Counted from the stretch's first letter, positions 14,564 through 29,062 are shown. The stretch is 64,000 nt of DNA from Parasitella parasitica NRRL 2501 (GCA_025201805.1 MU619256.1:1-64000); one strand, 5' to 3'. The notes: generated by a model not told the origin, from the letters alone. Numbers and translations: made by a program.

Positions 14564-15532
14564 NNNNNNNNNNNNNNNNNNNNNNNNNNNNNNNNNNNNN
14601 NNNNNNNNNNNNNNNNNNNNNNNNNNNNNNNNNNNNNNNNNNNNNNNNNNNNNNATGTAATAAATAGGGATTTGGTGGTTTCGTCAAAAAGAGCGTATTC
14701 GGTGTATCCGACAGCTTCACCAAGTTTACGGGTAGTATCGGTAAAGGTTTATCTGCGGCCACAATGGACAGAGAATACCAAGATAGGCGCAGGATGAACA
14801 TGGCTCGAAACAGACCAAAACATGCTCTTGTAGGTGTTGCTCAAGGCGCAACATCCTTTGCAAACAGTGTCACTAGTGGTTTTTCAGGCCTTGTGGTAAG
14901 TTGCATTACGTTTATATAAAGGTGTATAAATTATGGTATTGAATGGCAGTTTGTAGACTCGTCCTATGGAAGGCGCTACAAAGGATGGTGTTGGTGGATT
15001 TCTCAAAGGCTTTGGAAAAGGCTTGGTTGGTGCCGTTACTAAACCAGTTGTCGGCGTATTTGACTTTACCAGTAATGTAACTGAAGGAATCCGCAACACA
15101 ACTACACCTACGGACACAAACATGATTGAACGTGTGCGCTACCCTCGCTACATTGGCACGGATGGCCTGCTCAAACCCTATTCTCTGCGCGAGGCAATTG
15201 GCCAGCACTGGCTTAAAGACGTGGACGGAGGAAAATATATGGACGATACCTATATTGCCCATTGCCATGTGCAAAACGACGAGCGTGTTGCCATGCTGAC
15301 TACTACGCGTGTCATGCTCATCCACACGCGCAGGCTTTCTGTCGAATGGCAAGAACCGTTTACAGAGATCCAGACGATCAAGCGTGAGCCGACTGGGATT
15401 GCGATTTACTTGCGAAGCATGAGCTGGGAGCCTTTCCTAATTATTTCAGATAAACATAGTAGAGAAGACTTTTTCAAGAAAATTGAAGAGGCTGTAATCA
15501 AGTACAACTCCACTCGTCGCCCTGATCAGTAA
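5255..15532 (+). CDS. VPS13: Vacuolar protein sorting 13 (bridge-like lipid transfer protein), multi-exon
   Basis: Chorein_N start MLESVVSTLLNRVLGAYVSNL..QLKVGIWSG and NNLQFSISNIHIRYED; NSHWEPLVEPW; SHR-BD region; C-terminal GSADFLGNPVGLFNNLSSGV, ATG_C EGATKDGVGGFLKGFGKGLVGAVTKP and a PH-like end. The N gap at 14564-14654 lies in an intron. Confidence 0.97.
14564..14654. other. assembly gap (N run) after poly-T, within a VPS13 intron
   Basis: Ns in the sequence; flanked by a GT donor at 14521 and an AG acceptor near 14667. Confidence 0.95.
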
Positions 15533-15985
15533 ATCCTTTGTAATAAAGCTGTTGTAATATACATCATTAGTGTCTCGTGAAAATGTCGCTTCGTTCACTA
15601 GAACATTTTAAATATGTCTTGTAAGAATATCAGGAGAAATTTAGGCAACCAACTCTGGCCATAATACTAATACTCTCGACGCTTACAGTGAATTACATAG
15701 TTAAGACTACATTCAAGTTTCTGAACTCAAACATAAACTGATTATTCACTTTGAAGGATAATCCACTACTTGCCAGTAAATAATCTGTAGGCAAATCCGA
15801 TGATACATTGCGGCTGATAAATTTAGACAAAGGTTGACAAATCCTCGTACATTTGATTCGAGTCATTGCATTGCCGCACGTAAGGTATACTCAATTGTAT
15901 TGCTAAGCTTGAATAGCTTTTGCCACTGCTGCTGTCAATCAACCATCAACTGGAGTTTTAATCTGAACGCACACACAAAAATGCA

Positions 15986-16008
15986 AAAAAAAAAAAAAAA
16001 AAAAAAAA

Positions 16009-16059
<51 letters not shown>
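15986..16059 (+). repeat. poly(A) tract upstream of the AAA ATPase
   Basis: About 70 nt of nearly pure A. Confidence 0.95.
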
Positions 16060-16063
<4 letters not shown>

Positions 16064-16106
16064 CCTGCAAAACAGTGGTTTCTTCAACTGTTTACAATAC
16101 AAAATC

Positions 16107-18499
16107 ATGTCGCTTGAAGTGAGAGCGACTCAGCAACGCAGTGCAGTGCCCATCAGAAGTTATATGTCATTAGAGTTTATGCAAAGCAATGATATTGGCA
16201 CTGGCGATCTTATCAAAATTGTACAAAACGAAAAGGTAAATCGCAGTACAAGTCAATTGGCAAATAGTTTGGCTAACACTGTATCAGATCATCATTGGTA
16301 TTGCATGGCCTTCTCTCACGGTTCCAGTTGATTGTAAGCGTATGCAATTACATTCTCTTTTTTCTCTAGTTAATGACAACCACAGGCATTGAATTAAGCA
16401 CGACATCAAGACTAGGTGGGGCCTTGGAGCTGGGAGCTTTAGTCAATGTTGAAAAGGTAGCAGCAACAACATCATGTTTGGCAGAGGCCATCTATGTACA
16501 GATCAAATTTATATCAACACCTACTTATTCCCTGGATAAAAGTTTCGATATGTTTTTAAAACAATATTTAGGTAGGATGCTATGAATTTGTTATGCTACA
16601 TTCAATAATGGCTGTCAATTTTATTAGTGGAACAAAAATATGCGGCACCATCTCAAATCATAGACTTTCGCTACCTTGGAAGCACATCTAGAATACAAAT
16701 TACCGAGATTGAAAGTTGTAGTCCATCCGACATCTGTATGATCACTCCAAAAACCAAGATCAACCTCGCAACCACCTCACAGCCAGCTAAAGAGTCAGGA
16801 CAACAACAACAGCAGCAGCAGCAACAATCAGGCCAGCAATTAGGCTACGATCAAATTGGAGGATTATCGAAACAGATCGAGATCGTCCGGGAAATGATCG
16901 AAACGCCACTGAACAATCCTGAACTCTTCCTCAAGTATGGGTTGAAACCGCCTCGAGGCGTGCTACTGTTTGGACCTCCAGGCACAGGCAAGACATTGAT
17001 CGCGCGCGCTGTGGCACAAGAGACTGGCGCTCATGCTATCATTGTGAATGGACCCGAGGTCATAAGCAAGTTTTATGGCGAAACCGAGCAAAAACTGCGA
17101 GACCTGTTTGAACAGGCTGTGCAGCATGCTCCTACTGTTATATTTATTGACGAAATCGACTCACTTTGCCCAAAACGAGATGAGGCACCCAGTGAATTAG
17201 AGAAACGGGTGGTTGCAACTTTACTGACTTTGATGGATGGCGCCAACACTGAGCATCAACGCGTGGTCGTCATTGGTGCTACTAATAGACCCAATTCGCT
17301 AGACGAGGCTTTGCGTAGACCTGGCAGATTCGACCGTGAAGTAGAGATTGGTATACCAACATCCGAAGCACGCCTTTCCATCCTACTGACCATAATGAAG
17401 AAAATACCGCACGGGCTGACGCCATCACAGTTGGAGACGCTGGCAAGTAAGTCGCACGGCTATGTAGGCGCTGATTTAGCAGCTGTCTGCAGAGAAGCTG
17501 GGTTAAAGTGCATCAAACGATGTGCTGCTGCGCAAAACGTAGATTTGAGAGTGAATATGCAGGATATGACTGAAGCCATGACTGAAATAAGGCCCAGTGC
17601 CATGCGAGAAATTCTGCTGGAAGTGCCCAAAGTGTATTGGACAGATGTTGGAGGACAAGCAGACATCAAGCAGAGACTGAAGGAATCAGTAGAATGGCCT
17701 CTGCAGCATCCAGAAGTATTTACTAGATTAGGGATTCGACCGCCCAAGGGCATCTTGCTTTATGGACCGCCTGGATGCAGCAAAACGCTAATGGCCAAAG
17801 CACTTGCTACAGAAGCCGGCTCCAATTTTATAGCAGTAAAAGGGCCCGAGTTGTTCAGTAAATGGGTGGGTGAATCGGAAAAGGCAGTACATGAGGTATT
17901 TCGGAAAGCAAGGGCGGCGTCGCCATCAATTGTTTTTTTCGTAGGTGTACAGTGGTAATTAAAGGGCTATTTTTAAACTATATTTAAATTAGGACGAAAT
18001 TGATGCACTCACAGTGAAAAGAGGTTCGTCTGGGGATGGTGGTACCTCGGTGGCCGATAGAGTTTTATCACAACTATTGAATGAACTGGATGGTGTTGAG
18101 GCACTGGTCAACGTAACGGTTGTGGCAGCAACAAATCGCCCTGATATCATTGACGATGCTTTGTTGCGACCAGGCAGAATCGATAGAATTTTGTACGTTG
18201 GACCGCCGAATCTCGAAGCTAGGAAGGAAATATTCAGAATCCAATTAAGGAAAATGAGTATCGGCCAAGATGTTAATGTGGACGAAATAGCGGAAAAGAG
18301 CCAAGGATGTTCAGGCGCAGAAGCTGTTGCTATTTGCCAAGAAGCGGCATTGCTTGCCATGGAAGAAGACATTCATATTGACTCTGTCGAAATGCGGCAT
18401 TTCAGAAAAGCATTAGCTACATTTACTAGGCGCATTACACCAGAGATGATTCAATTTTACAAAGACTTCCAAGATAGGTCTGGATTACAGAGCATTTGA
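16107..18499 (+). CDS. AFG2: AAA+ ATPase, AFG2/Drg1/SPATA5 type (ribosome biogenesis)
   Basis: Two AAA modules: [26 protein letters not shown] and [24 protein letters not shown]. The D2 GPPGCSKT form is typical of AFG2/SPATA5. Confidence 0.9.
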
Positions 18500-18637
18500 T
18501 TTTGATTTGATTTTTTTTTCTTGTGCTACAACTCCCAATTAAAAAAAGTATTGACTAGGGGTTTATTGTTATTTGGCTTTAATTTGGTTCTTTTTCTGTT
18601 CTTTATTCATTTCTTTTAAAAGAAAACAAATAGCAGT

Positions 18638-20106
18638 ATGATGAAATATAGTATTTCGAGTAAAATCGTCTTACTTGTCGTATTGTTCATATCGTTTGTA
18701 GTAAAATACCATACAAATACAGCTGAACCCAAAAGACGATCGCTATCATTTCCATTTAATCACTCTATAACATCAACAACAAAATCATCAATCATGCGAG
18801 CATCATCAGTCTCGACATCAAACGAAAAATACATTACTTTTTTTACTCACAGTGGCTTCCAAAATCAGTTAATCCAAGGTAAAAATTCGGCTGATATCAG
18901 CGCTTTCAGCTTGACTGATACTTTTTGTTTTCTGCTGTTAGTGGAGAATGGAATTTTGTTAGCTTGGTACCTAAACCGGACACTGATTTTACCAAAGGCT
19001 CTTTTGGGCGAAGCATTCGGTTGGAGTCAATTTCCAAAACTTTATCAGCACCACACCTTTCGTGACACTTCGAATGACTACTGCAAGCAGTTTAAAGATA
19101 GAAAGTCGAGGAAATTAGCATCCTGCCCTGATCCATCAAAGTATGCCTTGGCTTCCTTTGACTGTCTGTTTGATCTGAGTTGGGCAAAACAGCATGTCAG
19201 AATCATAGAAAGAGAGCAGAGCGACTTCAATTGGTTAAAAGATACATTTGGCATTGAAATGAACAATAGAGTTGTCAATACTGGGTCGTACATCGATGGA
19301 GATATCCTGTTTTACAAAGGTTTATTCACTTGATCCAGATTTACATGTGCATTTATTAACAGCCTCGTCTCATGCCAACAGATGAAACCCGTTACGATTG
19401 GCGGATCTATGATAAGCCTGTGAAGCATCGATTTTTAGGGAAATACAACGACAGTTTGGACATAACTCAGTTACAGAATCATACGCAAAAATTGATTCAT
19501 TTTACCAGTTTATTTGGCACCGGCAAATTTCCTATCAAAACGCCAGAAAACATCATTTTCTTTGAGCAGCTTAAAAACAGCATCAAATACAAACATCCTG
19601 CAGTATTAAAAATGACCGAGATTGTGGTGAAAGCCTTGGGAGGACCTGGCAACTTTGTTGGGGCTCATCTTCGAACCGCAGATGGGTTATTCGTCGATGC
19701 AATACCCGGTAACATTCAGCACTTAATTTCCAGTATTCCCAATAACGATGGCGAGATCCCGAACAGTGACAAACTATCCACATGTGTAGCGCTTGCCAAG
19801 CAAAATCGTACCCATCTTGTGTTCTTGGCCACAGATGCGGATCAACCTAGAAATAGCAGTAAATTTCGGGAGCTATGGAAACATTTACCCTGCACGTTTA
19901 CATTGGCCGAAATACTGAAAGAAAAGGACCCCCTATGGAGCCATATGGATCAATACCGAACATCTCATACAGGCCAGAGTATGAGAAAATACCTGATTCC
20001 TCTAATCGATGCACTCGTAGCAAGTCAAGGCGACACATTTGTCGGTACGAAAGGGTCAACATTTTCAGGATACATCAACAGGTTGCACAAATCGTACTGG
20101 AAGTAA
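18638..20106 (+). CDS. GDP-fucose protein O-fucosyltransferase family (CigA-like), type II membrane protein
   Basis: N-terminal TM anchor; HSGFQNQLIQVENGILLAWYLNRTLILP; FVGAHLRTADG; VFLATD; FVGTKGSTFSGYI. Introns at 18879-18941 and ~19320-19381. Confidence 0.85.
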
Positions 20107-20209
20107 AAAATAGCAGGTCTATGTACAATTCCACAACGTATACACTGTACATACAATATAGACACACATAGATGGAATTAGGGGAAAAAAAAATTGTAAA
20201 TATAATGCT

Positions 20210-20336
20210 TTATTTTTTTTGATACATGGCCAAGGGTATATCATCTTCATCTTCTTGCTGTTGGTGTCGTTGTTTTTGTCTATTGCTTCCTTTTGTAAAT
20301 GAAGGAAGCCATTTCTTGTCTTTTTTCTTGTTGTCG

Positions 20337-20371
<35 letters not shown>

Positions 20372-22241
20372 GAATATAGAATACTTTCTCGTTTTTTTCG
20401 ACTTTTTTCGGTTATCCAGGGATTCGACATCTTCTAATGTAGATGAAGATGAAGTGGAAGATGCGAGTGAGAGGCCATCCGAGTTATCGTCTGAATCTGT
20501 ATCGCTTTCCTGGTCACCGTCAACATCATCGTCGTCGTCTTCCTCTTCGGAACTAGAGTTACTGGTTGAATAGGGTCTTGTTCCTGATTTCTTGTTAATC
20601 TGAGGACGATACTGATGAATATTTCTCGGCTGCTTTGATATAAGGTCCATTGCATTGCTATTTTCAGGTCGAATTTGATTTCGCACCCTTCTCTTTTTGT
20701 TCTTTATTTGCTGCTGTTGCATTCGACATGCCTTTTTAGTCATGACTAGATGCTCCATAGTAGGCGCTGGTTCGTTTTCTGTGTTATTGTTTGTCGATAC
20801 AAGGGATAGATACCAAAACATTAAATTGGAAATAATCACTTGGTCTCTTAATGGACGTCTTGGGTTTGTCAGTTTCAAATGAGAAAGACGATAAATGGCC
20901 CTTTCAGTGTGGATAGGCAATCTTGTGTGATTAAAAACAACTGCTTTGTGGGTCGCATCATCACACTTTAACGATTTCCTGTTGCCGTTGCTGCTACTAT
21001 TACTGTTGCCGTTGTTGTTGTTGATGTTGATGTTGTTACTTTTTTTAGATGAAGGAGAAGAGGCTTTCCGAGAAAACAGGGAAGAGATATTGAACTTTTC
21101 TTGCTTCTCGTCTAGTGTTGGCTTTTTAGATGAGGTAGTAAACATTCTTCGTGGTGACCAGCTTGACTTCTTCTTTAGAGGCGTTGTTTTCATTGAAGGA
21201 GAACAAGAAGAAGAGGAAGGAGCAAGAGATAAATCGATTACTTTTGTGCATGGGCTATTATTATTTTCATCATTGTCAGCGACAGCAACACAATGAGATG
21301 GCCGCTCTTTATCTTGTTCTAATGCAGTGGCCCGTAAATCAATCGCAGAGTCCTTTGGATTCATTACATTTGCCCCTTCAGCTTGCTGTTGCTGTTGGTC
21401 TTGTTTTCGTTGTATTTTTACTTGTTCAGCAGGGACACCATCTCTCTCCTCCTCCTCATCGATACCTTGTTCTTTTTTGAGATTGCCCCTGTTCGTTTCT
21501 TGGGACTCTTCGGTATCTTCAAACGTGTGCATATCAGCATGATCAACTAAAATAAATATAAGCATATGAGTGTATTGGACATTCAAGCAAACCAGCGCCT
21601 TACGCATACCATCAAATGTCAAGTTTTTCTGAGAATATAGGCTATTCACTGCTTCTGGAGATGCCTCCTTATTCGTTGATGAATCATGTTTGAGGGTCCC
21701 TTCTTTGATCGCTGTTTCTTCCAGGTTCTCCTCTTTTGTGTCCCCTTCATTCGGATGACCTCTTTCCAATGCAGCCAGCGTTTGTTCCCTGTCAGCACGT
21801 ATAGCCTCTGCTTCGTCTTCTGCAGTAAAAGAAGCTGATAGCACCGATTTTCTGCGCTTTACAATGGATCGTTTTCTGTTTGCAAAGCTATGAGTTACAA
21901 GTTCGTTTGTTGCGGTTATTGCGGAGGCATCTTCTTTTGGCGTGACATTGTTAGGGGATGTATTGCTGTTGTTGCTGCTCAAGTGTGCATTTGTAAGCCT
22001 GTTTTAATGTAATAAATAAATTTCTTGAATTGCTATATGTAACATAAATGTAGATCTACCAGTAAACCTGTTGCTGCTGTTGCTGATCATTGGAATTTGC
22101 ATTTTCCAGTAGGCATAATGGTATCTCCAATATCCTGGAAAGACCTGTAGCGCTGAGTGATTTTAACGGACTCAGACCAGATTCATTGTTCTGCTGCTGC
22201 TGATCTTTTTGATCTAGAGGGTAAATATAAAAAGTAGACAT
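20210..22241 (-). CDS. Zds1/Zds2-like protein (Zds_C domain, PP2A-Cdc55 regulator)
   Basis: RLPIHTERAIYRLSHLKLTNPRRPLRDQVIISNLMFWYLSL is the Zds_C motif; the rest is low-complexity. Probable first exon begins MSTFYIYP at 22241. Confidence 0.85.
20328..20372 (+). repeat. (TTG)n microsatellite encoding poly-Asn in the Zds1-like gene
   Basis: Direct sequence. Confidence 0.9.
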
Positions 22242-24102
22242 AATTATATTCAATCGAGAAGAAAAGGGCCAGAGAACACACTTGGAATACGAGTTCTTGT
22301 ATTTATACAAATGCATCAAGACTGTTTAAAAAATAAAAAAGTTTCTGGCATTTTAACTGAAATCAGAAGGGAGCAACAGAGTAAGTTACACGAATAACAA
22401 TGAGAAAGTGATGAAAAATGTTAACGCTGCCCCTAACTGCTAGCCCCTCTTCTGGACCCCCTCCCCCTTCCTTAAAAACTCGCTCATCGTAAATATACAC
22501 ATGGGAACAGAGGCTCTATTGCACTTTTATCTGCAGCAACAAGCATGTTTAAATATAAAGTAGTTTTGAAGTAGTGTTCTGTTGAAAATGTATCATGTTA
22601 TTTCTCCTGTTTTAGCACAATGTTTTCAATGATCTAGTAGCACCAAGTTTGCAACAGCAAGTTTCGCATTTTACTTACATGGCCAGGCTATTTTTAAAAA
22701 CGATGGCTATGAATAATAGGCAAACGTGATATATGGTTACCTGCATGGCACAAATGCAGCATACGGTAAACATGCACATCTGTGTCAGTATTATACTTTG
22801 TTTCAGAGAACATCTCCAGGAGTAGATGGCATTTCGAGTTTTATCATTTGACGGCGCCCAGAATGATTATTTTCATACATGTCATTGTATGCAGATTTAC
22901 GTTGTTTATATGTTAGCAAAGTATTGTAATAAAGTATGAATTGGTTTGGCTTGTCATAAACATTCTCGGCAAGAAAGCAAACAGTACAGCACACGACGAC
23001 TCGACACAACCCAACATTGCAGTATTCTTCAAACAAGTCTATAGATTAGGTCTTACTCTTGTGTTCCTTGATATAAATGATATTACCTATCGTAGCTACA
23101 TAAATGATTGTTGGAAGCTAATCTAGCCTAGGGATTTAGAAGACATAAGTGACATGTAGCTAGCACCAAATATATAGGAAAATTAGCCGGGTTTACTGTC
23201 CGGAGGATGCAATTAGAATTTTTCTATATTTATCATTTCATACTATATTTGAAACGACGTTGTATATGCTGGCTAAAGTTGAGTGCCATCTTACCTAGCG
23301 AGGGCGTTCGCTTTTCCTTTGCAAGATGCAGCGATTATTTGCTTTCTTTTCAGTCCTATACTACACAGAGAAGTATATTTGCAACAATTTTTTAATTCAT
23401 TACATATGATCCCACAATAAACATTTATATTACATATTGACAGTTTGTCCAATATTATGGGCAAAATCTTGAGTATATATGTTATATTTCTCGATATGTT
23501 TTATTCAAAAGACTAATAATACAGTCTTTATTGGTATAAAGATAGCAGCAATGTAGTTTATATATACGTAGCCCGTTTGAAGAGGATAAATAGATAATAA
23601 TGTTGCTTATTGGTGTAAATTAGATATGTATTCAATCGATATTCTAATGCATAGAAGATTAAATAGAGTAATATTAAGTCAGCTATTTTTTCTAAACTGA
23701 ATCATTAAATAATCAATAACGTATGGCCATTTCTGATATTGTGAAGATGTGGTAAATAACTGTATTATCAAATAGCCCTGATCCCGAAGATACTCTCAAA
23801 ATATGAAAGACGTCTTGCTCTGATTTTTATGAAAAGATTTATGCGATTATATATATTTTTATATATTGAAGTTTTTGATTTTTTCCATAATATCCATATT
23901 ACCCTTAATCTAAGTTTGGCTTTCTATGACTACATAGTAGAAAATCATAGTCAAGAGAGGGCTACCATTAGTGCGTATTAGATAGTAGCCTCAAACATAG
24001 CAGTTTCAGAGAAAAAGCATAAAACATCGCCCGCTGCAATGAAGAGTAATTTTTACACTACTACGGTTATATAGCATCAAGCGTTATTTTACCACCTAAA
24101 AT

Positions 24103-24998
24103 TTATTCATTATTCGAACCGATTGTCGCTCTATACAACTGAGTGTAACAATTTTGACTACATGCATAGTAAACCAGTGGTATATGGTGGCTTTCTACCA
24201 CTAGACTTAGACCATGATGAAAAAGTCTACCTTGACACAATTGACATGATGGCACCAAGTCTATATTATCCGGCACGATGATTGATTTGTCCAAGATAGA
24301 CTCTGGCAGATCCTGCACCACATCCCGTGAATCTGCATCTTCTAAACACAACAATCCTATTGTTTGAGCACATTTGTCTCTAAGCGAGATCATTTTGAGC
24401 TGCTTTGTCGTCATGGTAGATAGAGGATTTTTGTTGACCCATAGATTTTTCAAATGCATTCTCGTCACGACTTCGCCAGGTAAACTTTCCAATTGATTAT
24501 CTGTCAGATCCAGCACTTGCAACTGCTGTAAATAGCCGATTTGTGAGGGTATATTGGTTAGTTGGTTTGAGTGCAAAAATAGTTCTTGCAAATGAACTAA
24601 CAACCCAATCTCTTTGGGCAAGATTTTGAGTTGATTACATCCAAGGTTGAGTTCGTGCAAGTTGATAAGGCGCCATATTTCTTTTGGTATGGTTTCAAGG
24701 TTGTTATTTTGCAGTAAGAGAGATGACAAGTTTTCTAAATATGGTATTGCAGGTGAAGCAATGCGCTATATAGTATATGTATAAGCATGACTTGAGTAAT
24801 AATCTCATAATTTGCACTTGAATTTACCAAGGAATGTATTCTTCTAAATGCTAAATACGCTTTACTGGAGAAGCTGACAGTATCAAGAAGAACTTTCTTC
24901 TTTTGATCTTTGGTATCTGATTCATAAAATGTTGCTATAGCTTGACCATTCATATACCACATTACAGCTGACTTGTATTCATTCTTGGCGATAGACAT
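24103..24998 (-). CDS. leucine-rich repeat protein with Cys-rich C-terminus
   Basis: Four to five LxxLxLxxNxLxxLPxEIG repeats; C-terminal CxxC...CSxxC; one inferred intron (~24768-24827). Confidence 0.8.
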
Positions 24999-25472
24999 GG
25001 AAAATTAACATTTGTCTTGATGAGAGAGAAAAATAGAAAAACAAGAGTTTAAACGAATCTTCTTTTTCTGATGACATTGTATACGAAAACGAGACATTTC
25101 AAACGCAGCGAATAGTCAATTGAGTATATACAAGTTACAAATGAGAATCAACACCAACGTGTAGAACAGCAACAAACGGCTATTACAATGACAAAGTAAT
25201 TAGACCATCTTTTATCATTATGAAAAATTTGACATTGTCAAGGTCGCCAAAATAACAATGTCACCAAAATAAGAGTATTCTTCTTTTATAAGAACATGTA
25301 CACATCCATTGTTGAACAGGGTCTGGTTGTGTCATTAATATAAGAAAGAGAAAAGGAGGGTAAATTCGTTTAAAATAAAAAAAAAAAAAAAAAAATAAAA
25401 AATAAAAGCGGCTCAAAGGCCCCCATCATACCTCGTTTCACCTTTTTTTTTATTATATACATATATCAAACA

Positions 25473-26776
25473 ATGGAAGCTGGCCCGCCGCTTAAAAGAG
25501 AAAACTCGAAAAACAGCTTTACAGACGATGATGAGTTGAGTCGCATGTCAGATTTGGAGAATGAATATCGAGACGGCAATACGAGAGGGATGTCGTTGAC
25601 CTCTTCCTTGCCTGCATCGCCTTCCACTTCATCGTATAATAAAATGAGCGTAGATTCTGACGATGCACGGTCTGTATCGTCCGCTAGTAGGCGAGACAAT
25701 AGCACCATGGAAACTACGAGCAATACACCAACGACGTCAACCACAACATCAAGAACAATCAGGTCAATAGGCAGTAGTTGGACACACTCAAGTATCAATA
25801 ATATCCGACAACAAGACGAACTATACTTGGTGGATAGCAACACGAATAAAAAAACTGTACAGACAAAATATGACCTTCGTGAAAGAAGAGATCCAGAAAG
25901 GAGAAGCGTCAATCGTAGGAGCTCATTGCTAGTAGGTTTGCAATCTTTTTTTTTTTTCATCTTAGAGGCAATATTAATTCAAACAAGCCAAAATCAAAAG
26001 CTCTTTTAAGGGTTATTGATCAAGCAGATGTAAGTGCTGGATCGGTGTAAAATCAGCAGCAAGATTAACATGCCTATAGGAAGATACCCATTTAGCAGAT
26101 TTAGAGATGAGAAGGGAGCATGAAACAACGGTACATTTAAAGACTCTCGATAATGAGTTTGCCGCTACTGAAGTAAGTAACATGGCGACAGCATATGTTC
26201 GTATTCTGATATTTAGACACGAGTAGAAACCACAGCAGGGCGTACCTGTTGCTTCATGGACAAAAGTAGCCGATATACCATTATACCAATGTTCAAAACT
26301 TAACCCAGAGATCGAGATGACGGTAATAAACTGGCATTATGCGTAGATACGGAAAACTTATCATACCACATAGAACTTCCAACTAGAGAACATAGCATCA
26401 CCCAGTCTCCACCAGCAACAAACCTATAAAAGTATAAAACGGAAAGGTACATCACTGGTTTTAAGGAGTAATTTAATGTTATCTAAATGTGCTCGTCCAT
26501 CCTACAGCCTCAGAAGATAGATTTGAACCTTATCCTACATCCATTGGTCTTAAGCGAAGGGCCGTTTCACCATCAGTTTCTTTGAACGGCTCTCCTATCC
26601 TGACGGGCTATTCTAGCCCACCAACAAGTTTCTCCTCCTATTATGGTGGAAATGGCGGCCCTGGTGGAACGTCACCTAATGCAGCTGCAAGAGCCCACCA
26701 CAAGCCTTCTGGCAACAATTCATTTAATTTGCATGATGCAAGCGGTGGTTTGAGCCGAATGTCACTTAGTGAATAA
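25473..26776 (+). CDS. Ser/Thr-rich hypothetical protein, multi-exon
   Basis: Long first exon and last exon (KRRAVSPSVS...GGLSRMSLSE) linked through several GT-AG exons. No domain recognised. Confidence 0.65.
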
Positions 26777-26922
26777 AGAAATGATTCGACAGTGAATAAC
26801 ACAGATGTAGGATGAGTTAAACTACACAATCTATTGTCATCCCGTAGCAACGACTAAATCCAGATTCTCGGTGCCCCAAGTTTATTTGGTCAAATGTAAA
26901 TATACAACATGCTTGATTAAAG

Positions 26923-26962
26923 NNNNNNNNNNNNNNNNNNNNNNNNNNNNNNNNNNNNNNNN
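26923..26962. other. assembly gap (N run)
   Basis: Ns followed by poly-A. Confidence 0.95.
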
Positions 26963-27113
26963 AAAAAAAAAAAAATAGGAGACCTCAAATTTATGCAATA
27001 AAGATCACTTTACGACCAGAAATACAAGGTCATCAAGTCTCCATTTGCTAAAATGACATTATCCCCTTTAAAAGACGAGCAAGAATCTTTGTTTTATTGT
27101 AGCGATCAGATAA

Positions 27114-29062
27114 TTATGCAAATTTGTAAGAATCAGTATCGTCAATGAGTTTCTCTTTATGTTTAGCCTTCAATTCAGCAAGTACGCTGGCGTTCATAGT
27201 TGGTATATTATTTCGTTTCTTAATTTCATCACGCTTGTTGGCAACCTCAATTTCTGCAGAAAGACTGTTGTTGATGGCATTTGCCTTCGCCGGCAGAAGT
27301 GGAGGTGGAGGTGGAGGTGGCGTTGGCACTTGAGTGTGCTGATTCGTATTGTAAGCTTGCTGCTCCGACTGAGCAGCTTTTCTGAACAGTGGATTATGGA
27401 ACAAGCTGTCTTCCTCTGCCACATCGGCGTCAAATAGCTTTCTAGTAAACGAATGACGGATACGAGTAGGTTTTTCATGTTCCTTGTCATTTTGTCGAGC
27501 TAATTGGAACAGCTTGTTATTGAGAGAACTGGCCACTGGTGAGTTGTCTGCAGACCAAAATCCGTCATCATTTGCCCAGGATTTGTTGTTGTTTACTGTT
27601 GAAATGCGTCTAACGTTTGGTGCGCTGCGTTTGGTGGTTCGGTCGTTGTTGGAAGCACTAGGAGATGCTGATTCTCTGCGAGCATTAAGACCATGAATTT
27701 CTTTCCAGAAACGATTGCTCACACGACTACCGCCAGGAGTGCTATACATGTGTCTAAGTGAGGGTACAGCTAATCGTGATTTTGTTTTTACCTGATAGTT
27801 TCTGCAGATCTTAAATTAGCACTGCTAATGTCATTGATGATGGTGCGCTTGGGAGAAATGATGCGATTAGGCAATACGGGTGTCGCCATTGTATTATAAG
27901 CAGCTGTAGGATCAGCGTTGTTGCTGGTGTTATTATTCATTATACGTCTAGGTGATGATGAGAGTGTGGTTGTCGATGATGAAGAAGGCTTGTTATTCTG
28001 AGAAAACAGAAGCTTCAATATCGATTATTGATCGGTCAATTGACCGGTAAACTTACATTAGTTTGTGGTTTGGACAGGCGAGTAGAGCCTATACCTACCA
28101 AAGAGGTGCGTCCATTTACACTGAATGTATGACACGATGATTTTTGCTCATCAGTAGATCTCACACCTAATGACTTTAGTATGTCTTCCTTAGAAGATGG
28201 TGCAGCTGACAAAAAGATATCCATGCTTTCCTCCTCGCCTTCCTCTTGACCTTCGTCTCCACCAGCTTCCTCGTAATTGAGGCTCAAATGAGTTGCAGAC
28301 AGGTCTTCTGCTAGCAAAGAGGACTTTATCGAATACAGATTAGCCTCTGTTTCCACCCATCTCTCATACCCATTTACCTGTCTTCTTATTTTCTGTAGAT
28401 TGTTTTGTAGCTTTTCCATTCTCTTTCTCTCCTCGGCTAGTTTTTGCTGCAATGTAGTTGGCAAACCAGTGCGAGGCTTTTTTCTGCTGGAAGGACTATT
28501 ATGAGCATAGCTAGATGAACGCTTTCCTAAGCTCGTATAGGTCATGGGCGTATCGTCGTTTTGATCTGATAAAGATGGAGTTTCAGCAATCTCGGACACT
28601 GACTCTTGGTAAAATGGATTGCGGCTCAAGTATTCGGTGTAACTTGCTCGTGCATCTATAATGCAGCAGTTGTTAGCTTAAACTATCCAGGAGAGTCAGA
28701 TGCAAAATTTTGTATTTACCATCTCGCAATGTGTGTCTCTCTATGAGAGGCGTAAGAGATGTCCGCGTACTATCCTCGTCGACTTGTGCTCTTCTCTGCT
28801 GTAGTGTGGACTTTATCTCATCAGTCGTGTCTGGAGTCTGCTTTCTAACACGAGCCTGACTAGTTCTAGGAGTCAATGTTTGCTGTAAATTGCCATAAAA
28901 TATATCAAAGTCTCTGGAAGCGTTGCTTTTGGCTGCTTTTAGAGCATCGTAAAAAGGTGATGCGATTGCTCTCAACGGAGAGGAAACTATGCTACTTTTT
29001 TCGGGCGATCTCAGTAAAGTCTCATAATCGCCTGTCGTAGCAGTTCTTCTAGGTGAGTACAT
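27114..29062 (-). CDS. hypothetical disordered protein with coiled coil and poly-Pro, multi-exon
   Basis: Four consecutive minus-strand ORFs with GT/AG signals between them; one junction checked in frame (..ETIR|HMYSTPGG). Many S/TP sites; PPPPPPP near the C-terminus. Confidence 0.7.

Noticed and set aside
14505-14801. ORFs with poly-Phe/poly-Lys and X runs
   Set aside because: Read-through of an intronic poly-T and the N gap.
15834-16331. 165-aa ORF with a long poly-Lys run
   Set aside because: Poly-Lys comes from an upstream poly(A) tract. Only the part from ATG 16107 is the first exon of AFG2.
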